Source of the DNA: Gammaproteobacteria bacterium
GTDB taxonomy: Bacteria; Pseudomonadota; Gammaproteobacteria; SZUA-152
Assembly (NCBI GenBank): GCA_021647705.1
Contig: JAKIUF010000005.1
Coordinates: 43,936 to 107,935 of the forward strand
DNA: 64,000 nt
Direction of reading: 5' to 3'
Shown: positions 41,782 through 50,792 of the stretch, in pieces
How positions within the stretch are numbered: position 1 is the stretch's first letter
Layout: each line of letters begins with the position of its first letter
Program-made: the position numbers and the translations under genes
The notes under the pieces: generated by a model
What the model was told of the DNA's origin: nothing
What the model saw: only the letters and a program-made list of their open reading frames with translations
Databases searched by the model: none

Positions 41782-41832
41782 AAGCCGCGCGGCTTTTTTG
41801 CGTCGGCTTGATGGCCTGGTTATGCCAGAAAT

Positions 41833-42297
41833 TCAAAATAGTTGCCCAACTATATAATGCCAACTCATCAGGCTCGCAATAACAATTAATGCTGGAGCAT
41901 GAGGTATTAGTACAGGTGCCAAAAACATGTTAGATAATATTTCTTTGTACCATGACTGAGAAGAGGAAAATACCTCAAACCAACTTGTATAAGCTTGTAA
42001 TGGAAATATTTCTTCTGATTCTCCTCTGAAGTATTCCTCAATTGCAGATATCCTTGGTCCTGAGCAATACTGAAAGAATTTCCACAACGCCTCCATGACC
42101 CAGAGAAAAAGTGCGGCGAGGCCCGCTAGCACCATAATTGACATTGACTTTGATTGAAATGCCAAGCCGATACCGCCAAGCGCGACAGTTATAGACCACC
42201 CCTTAATAAGCAACGCTCTTCTATCAAAATCTTCATAAGCATTTTGCAGTAACAGATACTCATCCTTAAGAAGATTATCTAAGTGCTCTTTTTCCAT
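41833..42297 (-). CDS. Hypothetical membrane protein (154 aa) cassette
   Basis: Two or three predicted TM helices. Its ATG is preceded (minus strand) by GTTATGACCAATTAGGAATCTATGA, i.e. a core-like GTTATGA next to an attI-like sequence. Confidence 0.5.
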   Translation of the reverse strand: MEKEHLDNLLKDEYLLLQNAYEDFDRRALLIKGWSITVALGGIGLAFQSKSMSIMVLAGLAALFLWVMEALWKFFQYCSGPRISAIEEYFRGESEEIFPLQAYTSWFEVFSSSQSWYKEILSNMFLAPVLIPHAPALIVIASLMSWHYIVGQLF

Positions 42298-42490
42298 TCA
42301 TAGATTCCTAATTGGTCATAACTTATTAGTATTAGGCATATTTGCCCGGTTATCCGGCAGTATTACACGAAGAATCAGGCACATTTGCCTGCTAATCACT
42401 GAAAACCGGTCAACTTGCCCTGATATGTTGATATTGGGGTGGTATTTAGGCATATTTACCCGCTATTTTTCTCAAACTCTATGCTTCGGA
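42298..42490. other. Second, degenerate attI-like region (duplicate of 44659-44739 with a ~100-bp insertion)
   Basis: AACTTATTAGTATTAGGCATATTTGCCCG at 42322 and GGTATTTAGGCATATTTACCCGCTATTTTTCTCAAACTCTATGCTTCGGAAATCACC at 42440 match the sequence immediately upstream of intI at 44676-44739. Confidence 0.55.
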
Positions 42491-42491
42491 A

Positions 42492-42628
42492 ATCACCATG
42501 TCAACTCAGAATTCTGGAAAAGATTTATTGACAGAAATGCGCGATTTAATGCGACGGTTGCATTATTCCATCCATACTGAACGCGCTTATTGCGACTGGG
42601 TTGCGCGCTTTATTCGTTTTCATCAGAG
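42492..42628 (+). pseudogene. Integron integrase 5' fragment (first ~43 codons of an intI paralogue), truncated by the 110-bp element
   Basis: [43 protein letters not shown] is 95% identical to the N-terminus of the intact intI at 44740. The frame then runs into the repeat. Confidence 0.7.
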
Positions 42629-42757
42629 AATAGGGGTCAAGTTTATTGTACAATATCAAAAAATATTTTCGTACTCAATTTTTGTTGGGAAGGGTATGGG
42701 TAGCTAATGTCATTATACAATAGGCTTGCCCCCTTCACTCAGCCCCCTTCACTCAAG
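42629..42757. repeat. 110-bp TIR element copy 3 (with a 12-bp tandem duplication CCCCCTTCACTC at its right end)
   Basis: Near-identical to copies 1 and 2. Lies between the intI fragment and the IS91 C-terminal fragment. Confidence 0.6.
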
Positions 42758-43207
42758 CACTATCCGGAAAAATGGGTCGTTGATTGTAAATCGGTCGGTT
42801 CCGGTGAACAGGCGCTGATTTATCTGGGGCGTTATCTCTACCGGGGTGTTATTCGGGAGAAGGATATTGTGAGCTGTGAAAATCGGAAGGTGACTTTTCG
42901 TTACCAAAACAGCAAGACAAAGCAGTGGGATTTCAAAACGGTTTCGGGCGAACAATTCTTGTGGCTGATTCTCCAACACGTACTCCCGAGACGCTTTCGA
43001 CGCACACGCAATTTTGGTTTCCTGCATCCCAACAGTAAACGGTTGATTCAGGTGATTCAGCTTTTGTTTGGGCTCGATATAAACCGGACTCTGGCATGGA
43101 TGAAAGAAAGACCCAAAATGATTTGTCGGTGTTGTGGTGGAAAGATGACGATCATCAAAACCCGGCTTTCTCCCATCCGTCTGCTGGCGGCTTTGGTTCC
43201 AACTTGA
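42758..43207 (+). mobile_element. IS91-family transposase, C-terminal fragment (pseudogene)
   Basis: EKWVVDCKSVGSGEQALIYLGRYLYRGVIREKDIV...CRCCGGKMTIIKT matches the C-terminal conserved block and terminal Cys cluster of IS91-family transposases. The N-terminal two-thirds are missing. Confidence 0.6.
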
Positions 43208-43540
43208 TGATGGAGAATAATGACCCGTTATGTAACCTCACCTCATAAAGCAGAAAAAATTTCAGTGGTACGTGCTGAGGGGTGAACTTGCCTGCGATTA
43301 GGGAAAAACTGACAACTATCCTTCTGATACAAGAAAAAATTGCCGCAATGGTAATATAAGGGCTTAAGTTCAAGGCTTGCGGAATATTATTCGCCTCGAA
43401 TGGCAGCGAACTCAAAAAGCTATCTTCATGGTCAATCTATACTCCAGCCACCGGGCTTGTCCAACAAACCGGTTCAGATCGCGGTTCGTTCCTCACGCGA
43501 TCTAACCTAATTCGTTATGTTGATTTTGTTTTAAACATAT

Positions 43541-43990
43541 TTAATTTAGATACCTAATACCTACGATAAATGCTGCTAGTGAACCAAGCTGAATTACACA
43601 ATAATTGATCATGAATTCTACTCGATGCTCCTCTCTTTGCATTAACCTACAAAACGGCCCAAGAAAATACCCTGTCGATTTCATTTGGTAAGCACTAAAC
43701 GATGCCAAAGCAGACAGCATGAACCAAAATATTGCACCACCAAAATCACCTACATCGTCTGCAACAATTATGTAGAAGATGGAGATTACAATAAGTCCGT
43801 AAACTGGTCTCATTAATTTTTTGTTAATTGTTTTTTCTAAATTATTTTTCCTGACATATTCACGCTGCTGATTATCGCTTACTTCCAATATTGAGTTATA
43901 TTTTTCTAACGCAATACCGCAATTGGCACACTGCCAATCTGGAACAGCATTTTTTTCGTTTTTAATATACTTGCACTTAGGGCATTTCAT
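43541..43990 (-). CDS. Integron cassette 2: membrane protein with N-terminal zinc-ribbon (CPKC...CANC), 149 aa
   Basis: MKCPKCKYIKNEKNAVPDWQCANCG, then 2-3 TM helices. Its ATG lies ~33 nt downstream (minus strand) of the attC1 crossover site. Confidence 0.55.
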   Translation of the reverse strand: MKCPKCKYIKNEKNAVPDWQCANCGIALEKYNSILEVSDNQQREYVRKNNLEKTINKKLMRPVYGLIVISIFYIIVADDVGDFGGAIFWFMLSALASFSAYQMKSTGYFLGPFCRLMQREEHRVEFMINYCVIQLGSLAAFIVGIRYLN

Positions 43991-44019
43991 AATTAACTAT
44001 TACCGATCTACAATTTTTT

Positions 44020-44136
44020 ACATAACGCCAACATCAGCGGTTGCTGAAAGCGACGGTTTTTTGTGTGACAATGAGCGACAGCGAATAACACAAAAAAACG
44101 GCGCTTTTGGCGATCCGCTGGATGTTCTGGTTAGGC
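44020..44136 (-). other. attC site of cassette 1 (117 bp)
   Basis: On the minus strand: R'' GCCTAAC overlaps the stop of ORF 44140-44658; the site ends in R' GTTATGT. Imperfect internal palindrome (CCGCTGGATGTTCTGG... / ...CCAACATCAGCGG) with extrahelical bases. Confidence 0.6.
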
Positions 44137-44139
44137 GAT

Positions 44140-44658
44140 TTACGTATATTCCGCAGGCGGCAGATCACCGCACACCATTGCTGGTTTAAAAATAAACTTT
44201 GTCTCATATCGTTTTTTTCCAAAAATTCTTCTGTGTAGCGAGAACAACCAATTGAGCATTGATTTAGGTGCATTGTATTTAGCGGTAATCTGAAATGAAT
44301 CAGATTTAATACCTAAAGACTTCCCTCCACCATCAGGATATTCGTTTAAATTCTGTTCATCGAACCTAAAAAGGTGGATCATCTGTCCAGGTGCCATTTG
44401 AGGTATTACTGTTTCCATAATTTCTCCAAGGCTTTCCCTTGGCTTATTTCTTTTTAATCCTCCAGATACTTCTAACTCGATATCCTCAGCTCTAACACTT
44501 CCAATATTTACAATACTAAATTGAATGAAAATATCTTGTTCAGGGCTGAATCTATTTCTTAACTCATAATATATTTCAAGAACAGGTTTATTGTGATTGG
44601 ATATTATTTGTAATCCAACTCTCATCATTCCGGCGACAGTTGATCCTGCGACTTCCAT
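44140..44658 (-). CDS. Integron cassette 1: hypothetical protein (172 aa)
   Basis: ATG is 14 nt downstream (minus strand) of the attI core GTTAGGC. No recognisable domain. Confidence 0.55.
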   Translation of the reverse strand: MEVAGSTVAGMMRVGLQIISNHNKPVLEIYYELRNRFSPEQDIFIQFSIVNIGSVRAEDIELEVSGGLKRNKPRESLGEIMETVIPQMAPGQMIHLFRFDEQNLNEYPDGGGKSLGIKSDSFQITAKYNAPKSMLNWLFSLHRRIFGKKRYETKFIFKPAMVCGDLPPAEYT

Positions 44659-44739
44659 ATTTTTTATCCTCGCCTAACTTATTAGTATTAGGCATATTTA
44701 CCCGCTATTTTTCTCAAACTCTATGCTTCGGAAATCACC
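44659..44739. other. attI recombination site of the integron (core GTTAGGC on the minus strand at 44672-44678)
   Basis: Lies between intI and the first cassette. Contains the TATTAGGCATATTTACCCG repeat, also present twice in the degenerate copy at 42298-42490. Confidence 0.55.
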
Positions 44740-45720
44740 ATGTCAACTCAGAATTCTGGAAAAGATTTATTGACAGAAATGCGCGATTTGATGCGGCGTT
44801 TGCATTATTCCATCCATACTGAACGCGCTTATTGCGACTGGGCTGCGCGTTTTGTTCGTTTTCATCAGATGAAGGCGCGGGATGCACTTTTTGTGGATGC
44901 AGAAAAAAATGTGGAGGATTTTTTGACGCATTTGGCGGTACAGGAGGCTGTAGCGGCTTCGACGCAGAACCAGGCTTTCAATGCGTTGGTCTTCCTGTAT
45001 AAGCGGGTACTGCTACAACCTCTGGAAAATGTGTCGGCAACCCGTTCGCGTAGAGAACCACGAATTCCGGTGGTGTTGACGCGAGAGGAGGTGAAGCAGG
45101 TATTGACTTTGCTGGAAGGAACAGCGGAGTTGGTGGTAAAGCTGTTGTACGGTTGTGGTTTACGGATTACCGAGGCGGTGCGTTTGCGGGTGCAGGATAT
45201 CGATTATGGGTACAAGCAGGTCACTGTGCGTAATGGTAAGGGTAATAAGGATCGAGTGACACCGTTCCCCGCCATTCTGGAGTCTCTGCTAAAGAATCAT
45301 CTGGAGCGGGTGATGGCCGTTCATGAGCGGGATCTTGAGGATGGGTTTGGCGCGGTTTATTTGCCTTATGCTCTGGCTCGCAAGTATCCAAATGCGGAGA
45401 AGGAGTGGAATTGGCAGTATGTTTTTCCCAGCAGGAAGTTGTCGGAAGACCCTCGGAGTGGGATGACGCGTCGGCATCATGTGGATCAGTCGGTGGTGAA
45501 TAAGGCCATTCGGCAGGCGGTGCGCACAGCGGAAATCACGAAAAAAGTGAGTGCGCATACCTTTCGTCACAGCTTTGCGACCCATTTGCTGCAACGGGGC
45601 ACAGATATTCGCACTATTCAATCGCTGTTGGGGCATCGGGATGTGCAGACAACCATGATTTATACTCATGTATTAAAGCAGGGTGGAGAGGGTGTGGTCA
45701 GTCCTTTGGAGGATTTGTAA
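44740..45720 (+). CDS. intI: Integron integrase (tyrosine recombinase, IntI family)
   Basis: N-terminal [22 protein letters not shown]. IntI-specific additional domain [21 protein letters not shown]...[11 protein letters not shown]. Catalytic box [12 protein letters not shown]...[16 protein letters not shown]. Divergent from a minus-strand cassette array. Confidence 0.9.
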   Translation: MSTQNSGKDLLTEMRDLMRRLHYSIHTERAYCDWAARFVRFHQMKARDALFVDAEKNVEDFLTHLAVQEAVAASTQNQAFNALVFLYKRVLLQPLENVSATRSRREPRIPVVLTREEVKQVLTLLEGTAELVVKLLYGCGLRITEAVRLRVQDIDYGYKQVTVRNGKGNKDRVTPFPAILESLLKNHLERVMAVHERDLEDGFGAVYLPYALARKYPNAEKEWNWQYVFPSRKLSEDPRSGMTRRHHVDQSVVNKAIRQAVRTAEITKKVSAHTFRHSFATHLLQRGTDIRTIQSLLGHRDVQTTMIYTHVLKQGGEGVVSPLEDL

Positions 45721-45785
45721 CAAACAAAACGAATACTCTGTAGGCCACAATTATATTGCTCTCTGACGGGGCTACCGATTAACCG

Positions 45786-46997
45786 CTATTGCACCAACTG
45801 ATTCAAGTCAAAGATCGGTAATAAAATAGCCAGAACAATCACCAGTACAATAGCACCCATACTCAAAATCAGCAGCGGTTCAAACAACCCCATCAGCCCG
45901 GAAATCAGTGTTTCCATTTCCCGCTCCTGACCACCCGCTGCACGTTCCAGCATATCTTCAAGGTTGCCACTGGCTTCACCACTGGCAATGAGATGCACGG
46001 TCATGGGTGGAAAATAACCGCAAGACTCCAGCGCCAAATGGATGCCCGAGCCTTCGCGCACGCGCCTGGCCGCAGCATCCACCGCTTCGCGCATGGGCAG
46101 GTTGTTCATTACCTGTGCGGAAATCCGCATACCATCCAGTACGGGCACTCCACTGGCTACCAGAATACTAAACGTACGGGCAAAACGTGCAGTTTCCAAA
46201 CCCTTCACCAAGCGCCCAATCAATGGCATAACTAACAATAGCTGGTGAAAACGGAAACGCACGGCATGCGATTTCAATGAGTATGCAAAAGCCACTCCTG
46301 CAATCAATAGAACGAAAAAAATACCTGCACCATAGTTTTGCACAAACTCGCTGCTGGCAATCAGCCCTCGGGTCAGTGCGGGCAATTCCTGGCCGATGTT
46401 TTCAAACACTTGCACTACTTGCGGCACTACATACGCTAGCAGCAAAATGACTACTGCAATTGCCACTAAGGTCAACAGGGCGGGATAGATCAGCGCCAGC
46501 ATCATTTTCTGTGAGAGTTGCTGACGTGATTCAGTGTAATCTGCCAAGCGCTCCAATACGATTTCCATATGCCCTGACTGTTCGCCCGCCGCTACCGTGG
46601 AACGAAACAGGTCCGAGAATACATGGGGAAAATCAGCCAGCGCGTCGGCCAGGGCATGGCCTTCCAAAACCCGTGAGCGTACCGCTGCCATCATGCTTTT
46701 GAGGCGGGGTTTTTCGGTTTGCTTGGAAACCGTTGCGAGGGTTTCATCAATGGGCATGCCGGAGCGCACCAGGGTCGCCCATTGGCGGGTAATCAGTGCA
46801 AGGTCGGTGGAGCTAATGCCGCGCTGAAACAGGGAGCGTTTACTGCGGGCTTCACGCTGTTGCACGACTTCAACGGATAAAGGTGTTAACCCTTGCTCTC
46901 GCAGCTGCTGGCGAATTTGCCGTGCGGCATCGCCTTCCAGCACACCGCTTTTTTCGCGGCCACGTTCATCCAGTGCGGTGTATTCAAATGCGCCCAT
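45786..46997 (-). CDS. gspF: Type II secretion system inner-membrane platform protein
   Basis: MGAFEYTALDERGREKSGVLEGDAARQIRQQLREQGLTPLSV is the typical GspF N-terminus. 403 aa, 3 TM. Confidence 0.85.
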   Translation of the reverse strand: MGAFEYTALDERGREKSGVLEGDAARQIRQQLREQGLTPLSVEVVQQREARSKRSLFQRGISSTDLALITRQWATLVRSGMPIDETLATVSKQTEKPRLKSMMAAVRSRVLEGHALADALADFPHVFSDLFRSTVAAGEQSGHMEIVLERLADYTESRQQLSQKMMLALIYPALLTLVAIAVVILLLAYVVPQVVQVFENIGQELPALTRGLIASSEFVQNYGAGIFFVLLIAGVAFAYSLKSHAVRFRFHQLLLVMPLIGRLVKGLETARFARTFSILVASGVPVLDGMRISAQVMNNLPMREAVDAAARRVREGSGIHLALESCGYFPPMTVHLIASGEASGNLEDMLERAAGGQEREMETLISGLMGLFEPLLILSMGAIVLVIVLAILLPIFDLNQLVQ

Positions 46998-47042
46998 AAT
47001 CGAGTATCAGGTATCCGGTTGTCAGCAACCCGTGACCCGTTT

Positions 47043-48599
47043 CTAATCCTCCTTCGTTACGCGCAGCACTTCTTCAACACTGGTATCACCCGCCAATACA
47101 CGGCGCAGACCATCATGCCGAATACCGGGAGATTGCTGTCGCGCATAACGTTCAATTTCGTGCTCACTGGTGCCGTCATGGATCATGTTGCGCAGGTTGT
47201 CATCCACGTTTACCAATTCATAAATGCCGGTACGGCCGGAGTAACCCTGAAAATTACAGTGCTTACAGCCTTCGGCTTTGTAAAAAGTCGGTGGATTGGC
47301 TGCATCCAATGCAAAGCGCTCACAATCAACGTCGTTAACCGTGTACGGTTGCTTGCATTCTTTACACAGCAGACGCACCAGACGTTGCGCCAGCACACCC
47401 AGCAAAGTCGATGACAATAGGAAGGGTTCCACACCCATGTCACGCAACCGGGTAACGGCACCCACGGCGCTGTTGGTGTGCAGGGTGGATAACACCAGAT
47501 GGCCGGTGAGTGATGATTGCACCGCAATTTCGGCAGTTTCCAGATCACGGATTTCACCCACCATCACTATATCTGGATCTTGGCGCAAAATTGCGCGCAG
47601 GCCACGAGCAAAGCTCATATCAACTTTTGCATTCACGTTGGTCTGGCTGATGCCGTCGAGGTCGTATTCCACGGGGTCTTCGACGGTCATGATGTTGCGT
47701 TTGTTATCGTTGAGCTGTGTTAATACGGCATAAAGCGTGGTGGTTTTACCCGAGCCGGTGGGGCCGGTCACCAAAATAATGCCATGCGGTTTACGGATGA
47801 CCTTGTCCATATTTTGATGAGTCTGTTTGTCCATACCCAGGTGCGATAAGTCCAGACGCCCAGCCTGCTTGTCGAGCAAACGCATCACCACGCGCTCACC
47901 CTGTCCGGTGGGGATAGTGGAGACGCGCACGTCCACCGCACGCCCGGCAATACGCAAACCAATACGTCCATCCTGCGGCAGGCGTTTTTCGGCAATATCC
48001 AGTTTTGCCATCACTTTAATACGTGACACTAACAACGGTGCCAGCACGCGACGCGGCGTCAGCACTTCTCGCAACATGCCGTCCACACGAAAACGCACCA
48101 CCAGTCGCGTTTCGTAGGGTTCGATGTGGATATCCGAGGCATCTTCCTTGATGGCTTGCGTCAGCAGTGCATTGATCAAACGAATAATCGGTGCATCGTC
48201 TTCGCTTTCTAAAAGGTCTTCCGGTTCGGGCAGGGCTTGTGCAACCGCAAACAGATCGGCCTCGTCATCAAGGTCATCCATCATTTGCATGGCTTCGCCG
48301 GAGTGCTGCTCGTAGGCCTTTTGCAGACGCGCATCAAATTCATCAGCATCAATGCATTCAAAATGCACCGGACGTGACAGAAAACGACGCACTTCAGCCA
48401 GCGTCGTACTGTTCACACCGGGGCGCATCAGCACCACAACATGTTCGGGTTTTTTTTCGCTTACCAGTACACCATTGCGCTTGGCAAAGATGAAGGGGAG
48501 CGCAGGAATGGCCGGGGCAACAGGGGGGGCACTGTCAGTCAACACAGTCTCGGCTGTGTTGTCAGGTGCAATATCGACGACGCTATTCATGAGTGGCAT
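47043..48599 (-). CDS. gspE: Type II secretion system ATPase
   Basis: Walker A GPTGSGKTT. C-terminal tetracysteine motif (CKEC...CKHC). 518 aa. Confidence 0.9.
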   Translation of the reverse strand: MPLMNSVVDIAPDNTAETVLTDSAPPVAPAIPALPFIFAKRNGVLVSEKKPEHVVVLMRPGVNSTTLAEVRRFLSRPVHFECIDADEFDARLQKAYEQHSGEAMQMMDDLDDEADLFAVAQALPEPEDLLESEDDAPIIRLINALLTQAIKEDASDIHIEPYETRLVVRFRVDGMLREVLTPRRVLAPLLVSRIKVMAKLDIAEKRLPQDGRIGLRIAGRAVDVRVSTIPTGQGERVVMRLLDKQAGRLDLSHLGMDKQTHQNMDKVIRKPHGIILVTGPTGSGKTTTLYAVLTQLNDNKRNIMTVEDPVEYDLDGISQTNVNAKVDMSFARGLRAILRQDPDIVMVGEIRDLETAEIAVQSSLTGHLVLSTLHTNSAVGAVTRLRDMGVEPFLLSSTLLGVLAQRLVRLLCKECKQPYTVNDVDCERFALDAANPPTFYKAEGCKHCNFQGYSGRTGIYELVNVDDNLRNMIHDGTSEHEIERYARQQSPGIRHDGLRRVLAGDTSVEEVLRVTKED

Positions 48600-48614
48600 T
48601 AACAGACAGAGCTT

Positions 48615-50720
48615 TTAAAACTCGCCTTCCTCATCTTCCCAGTCAGAAAATATAGACACGGAATCCTGTTTCGCGGGCGCACGCTGATCCTGCTGTTGAT
48701 TTTCAGATGGTTTTTGTTGCTGCGAGCGAGTAATAAAGGGGGCTGGCAATTCCAGAAACTCTTCAGCCTCAGGCATCACTGGGTGCGATTCATTTGACAT
48801 TAAACTCACACCATCTTCACCCAACCGTAGTTGTTCGGAACGAATAAAATTGTATTTGCTGCGCGTCAGTTTAAAACTGTCTTCTTTGGTGCGTAGAATG
48901 GTGGGACGTAAAAACACCATCAGGTTGGTTTTCACTTTTTTCACCGAGGTATAGCGAAATAAAGCGCCCAGCAACGGGATATCTCCCAGCAAGGGTACTT
49001 TTTGCTCAGTTTCCACCAGATCGTCTTTAATCAAACCACCCAGTACCAGCATTTTGCCATCATCCACCAATACGCTGGTTTTAAACGAACGTTCGCTGGT
49101 AATAATGTCGCCCGCACCGGCCGCACCACCTGCAATACCATCTATCGTTTGCTCAATATCCAGACGAATGGCATCGCCTTCGTTGATTTGCGGTTTTACT
49201 TTCAAGCGAATACCCACCTGTTTACGCTCGAAGGTTGTGAAGGGGTTAACGGAGGAATTTCCTCCACCAGTGTTGGCAAAAGCGCCGGTAGGAATCGACA
49301 GTTCCTGACCCACAAAAATTTCTGCTTCTTCGTTATCCATAGTGACCAGACTGGGCGTGGATAACACGTTGGTAATGCCGTCACCTTCCAGCGCGCGGAT
49401 TAGCCCGGCAAAGTTAAAGGTACCGCTGCTGAATTGACCCAGGCCGATGGTCACACCCGAGCCAATGGCTGACAGTGCCGCAGCCGTACCACCCGCACCG
49501 GATGCCGCCGCCCTTGCAGCGCCCTGTGCGAGTCCGGAGATACTGCTACTGCCGCTACCGAAGTTGATTGCACCCACCGGGTTATCACCACCGCTGCCAT
49601 CAAACAACCATTGTACGCCCAGTTCCGCAGCCCGATCCGAGGATACCTCGGCAATAACCGCTTCTACCATCACCTGCGCACGGCGCACATCCAGCTGGGC
49701 AATCACGGATTTCAGTGAACGAAACACCGTGGGTGCAGCGGTAATCACCAGCGCATTGGTGCTTTCATCCGCCTGAATATCAAAAGGCTGGCGAGATGAT
49801 GTAGGCGCTGCCTTGGCTTTTTTATCAGTGGTATTTTTGGTTTTGCCCACCCCAGTCAGTACCGGCACCAAATCCTTGGCCTTGGCGTAGCGCAAATAAA
49901 TAACATGAGTATCTCCCACCACTTCGGAGGGAGTATCCAAGTGTGAAATAATGGCACGCAGCTGCAAACGTTCGGCGCGCTCGCCACCAATCAAAATACT
50001 GTTGGTACGCTCATCCGCCACCAACATGGGCTTGCTGCCCTTGAGGTTCTTTTTACCGGCCTGCTGTCGCAGGCTAGTGAGCACTCGCACCAGGTCCGAG
50101 GCCACGGCGTTTTCCAGCTGTACAATTTCGATTTCACCGCTGGTCGGCTGATCGATGCGTTTGATGATTTTCACCAGTCGCGCAATGTTGGCTGCACGAT
50201 CAGAAATAATCAGCACGTTGCTTTGCGGGTAAGCGGCGAGGTGGCCCTGCGGCGGAACCAGAGGACGAAGAATGGGTACCAATTGAGCGGCGGTGACATG
50301 CTCAATTTCGATCACTCGGGTTACCGCCTCGTCACCTTTTCCCGGCTGGCGTGATGAAACAAACGGCATGGCACTGTGTTTGGCGTCGGCATCAGGCACA
50401 ATTTTAATCGCCTTGCCACTGGGGACAGCGGTATAACCGTGTACTTCAAGAATGGACAAAAAAACCTTATAGACTTCATCCTTACCCATGGCGCGATTGG
50501 AAATCAGCGTCACTTTGCCTTTGACGCGTGGATCAACAATAAAGTTTTTGCCGGTGACTTCCGCAATAGAGCTGATCACTGCACGGATATCAGCTCCCTT
50601 GAACTTCAGCGTGCTGGTTTCGGCAGCAAAGCCAGGGGATAACCACAGCAGCCCAACTGCCAACAAGACATAGCTTAATTTTCGCCACTGCGATTCCATT
50701 TGTACTCGTTCAATCTTCAT
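48615..50720 (-). CDS. gspD: Type II secretion system secretin
   Basis: 701 aa. Signal peptide, N domains and secretin C-domain (...VPLLGDIPLLGALF...). Confidence 0.85.
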   Translation of the reverse strand: MKIERVQMESQWRKLSYVLLAVGLLWLSPGFAAETSTLKFKGADIRAVISSIAEVTGKNFIVDPRVKGKVTLISNRAMGKDEVYKVFLSILEVHGYTAVPSGKAIKIVPDADAKHSAMPFVSSRQPGKGDEAVTRVIEIEHVTAAQLVPILRPLVPPQGHLAAYPQSNVLIISDRAANIARLVKIIKRIDQPTSGEIEIVQLENAVASDLVRVLTSLRQQAGKKNLKGSKPMLVADERTNSILIGGERAERLQLRAIISHLDTPSEVVGDTHVIYLRYAKAKDLVPVLTGVGKTKNTTDKKAKAAPTSSRQPFDIQADESTNALVITAAPTVFRSLKSVIAQLDVRRAQVMVEAVIAEVSSDRAAELGVQWLFDGSGGDNPVGAINFGSGSSSISGLAQGAARAAASGAGGTAAALSAIGSGVTIGLGQFSSGTFNFAGLIRALEGDGITNVLSTPSLVTMDNEEAEIFVGQELSIPTGAFANTGGGNSSVNPFTTFERKQVGIRLKVKPQINEGDAIRLDIEQTIDGIAGGAAGAGDIITSERSFKTSVLVDDGKMLVLGGLIKDDLVETEQKVPLLGDIPLLGALFRYTSVKKVKTNLMVFLRPTILRTKEDSFKLTRSKYNFIRSEQLRLGEDGVSLMSNESHPVMPEAEEFLELPAPFITRSQQQKPSENQQQDQRAPAKQDSVSIFSDWEDEEGEF

Positions 50721-50792
50721 CCTGTTCCCCGGCCATTGTATTTCTGACCATTACATTCCTGGCCAGTACGGCCTGTTGTTAATTCTCTCACG

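Noticed and set aside
41782-41832. Short attC site between cassette ORFs 41104-41781 and 41833-42297
   Set aside because: Only ~44-50 bp lie between the start and stop codons, which is below known attC lengths. The GCCGCGCGGC palindrome flanked by A and T runs looks more like a small hairpin or terminator. The two ORFs may form one two-gene cassette.
43480-43540. attC of cassette 2 (ATCTAAC ... GTTATGT near the stop of ORF 43541-43990)
   Set aside because: The two core-like motifs are only ~10 bp apart and the surrounding sequence is disrupted by the IS91 fragment and attI duplication. At most this is a truncated remnant.
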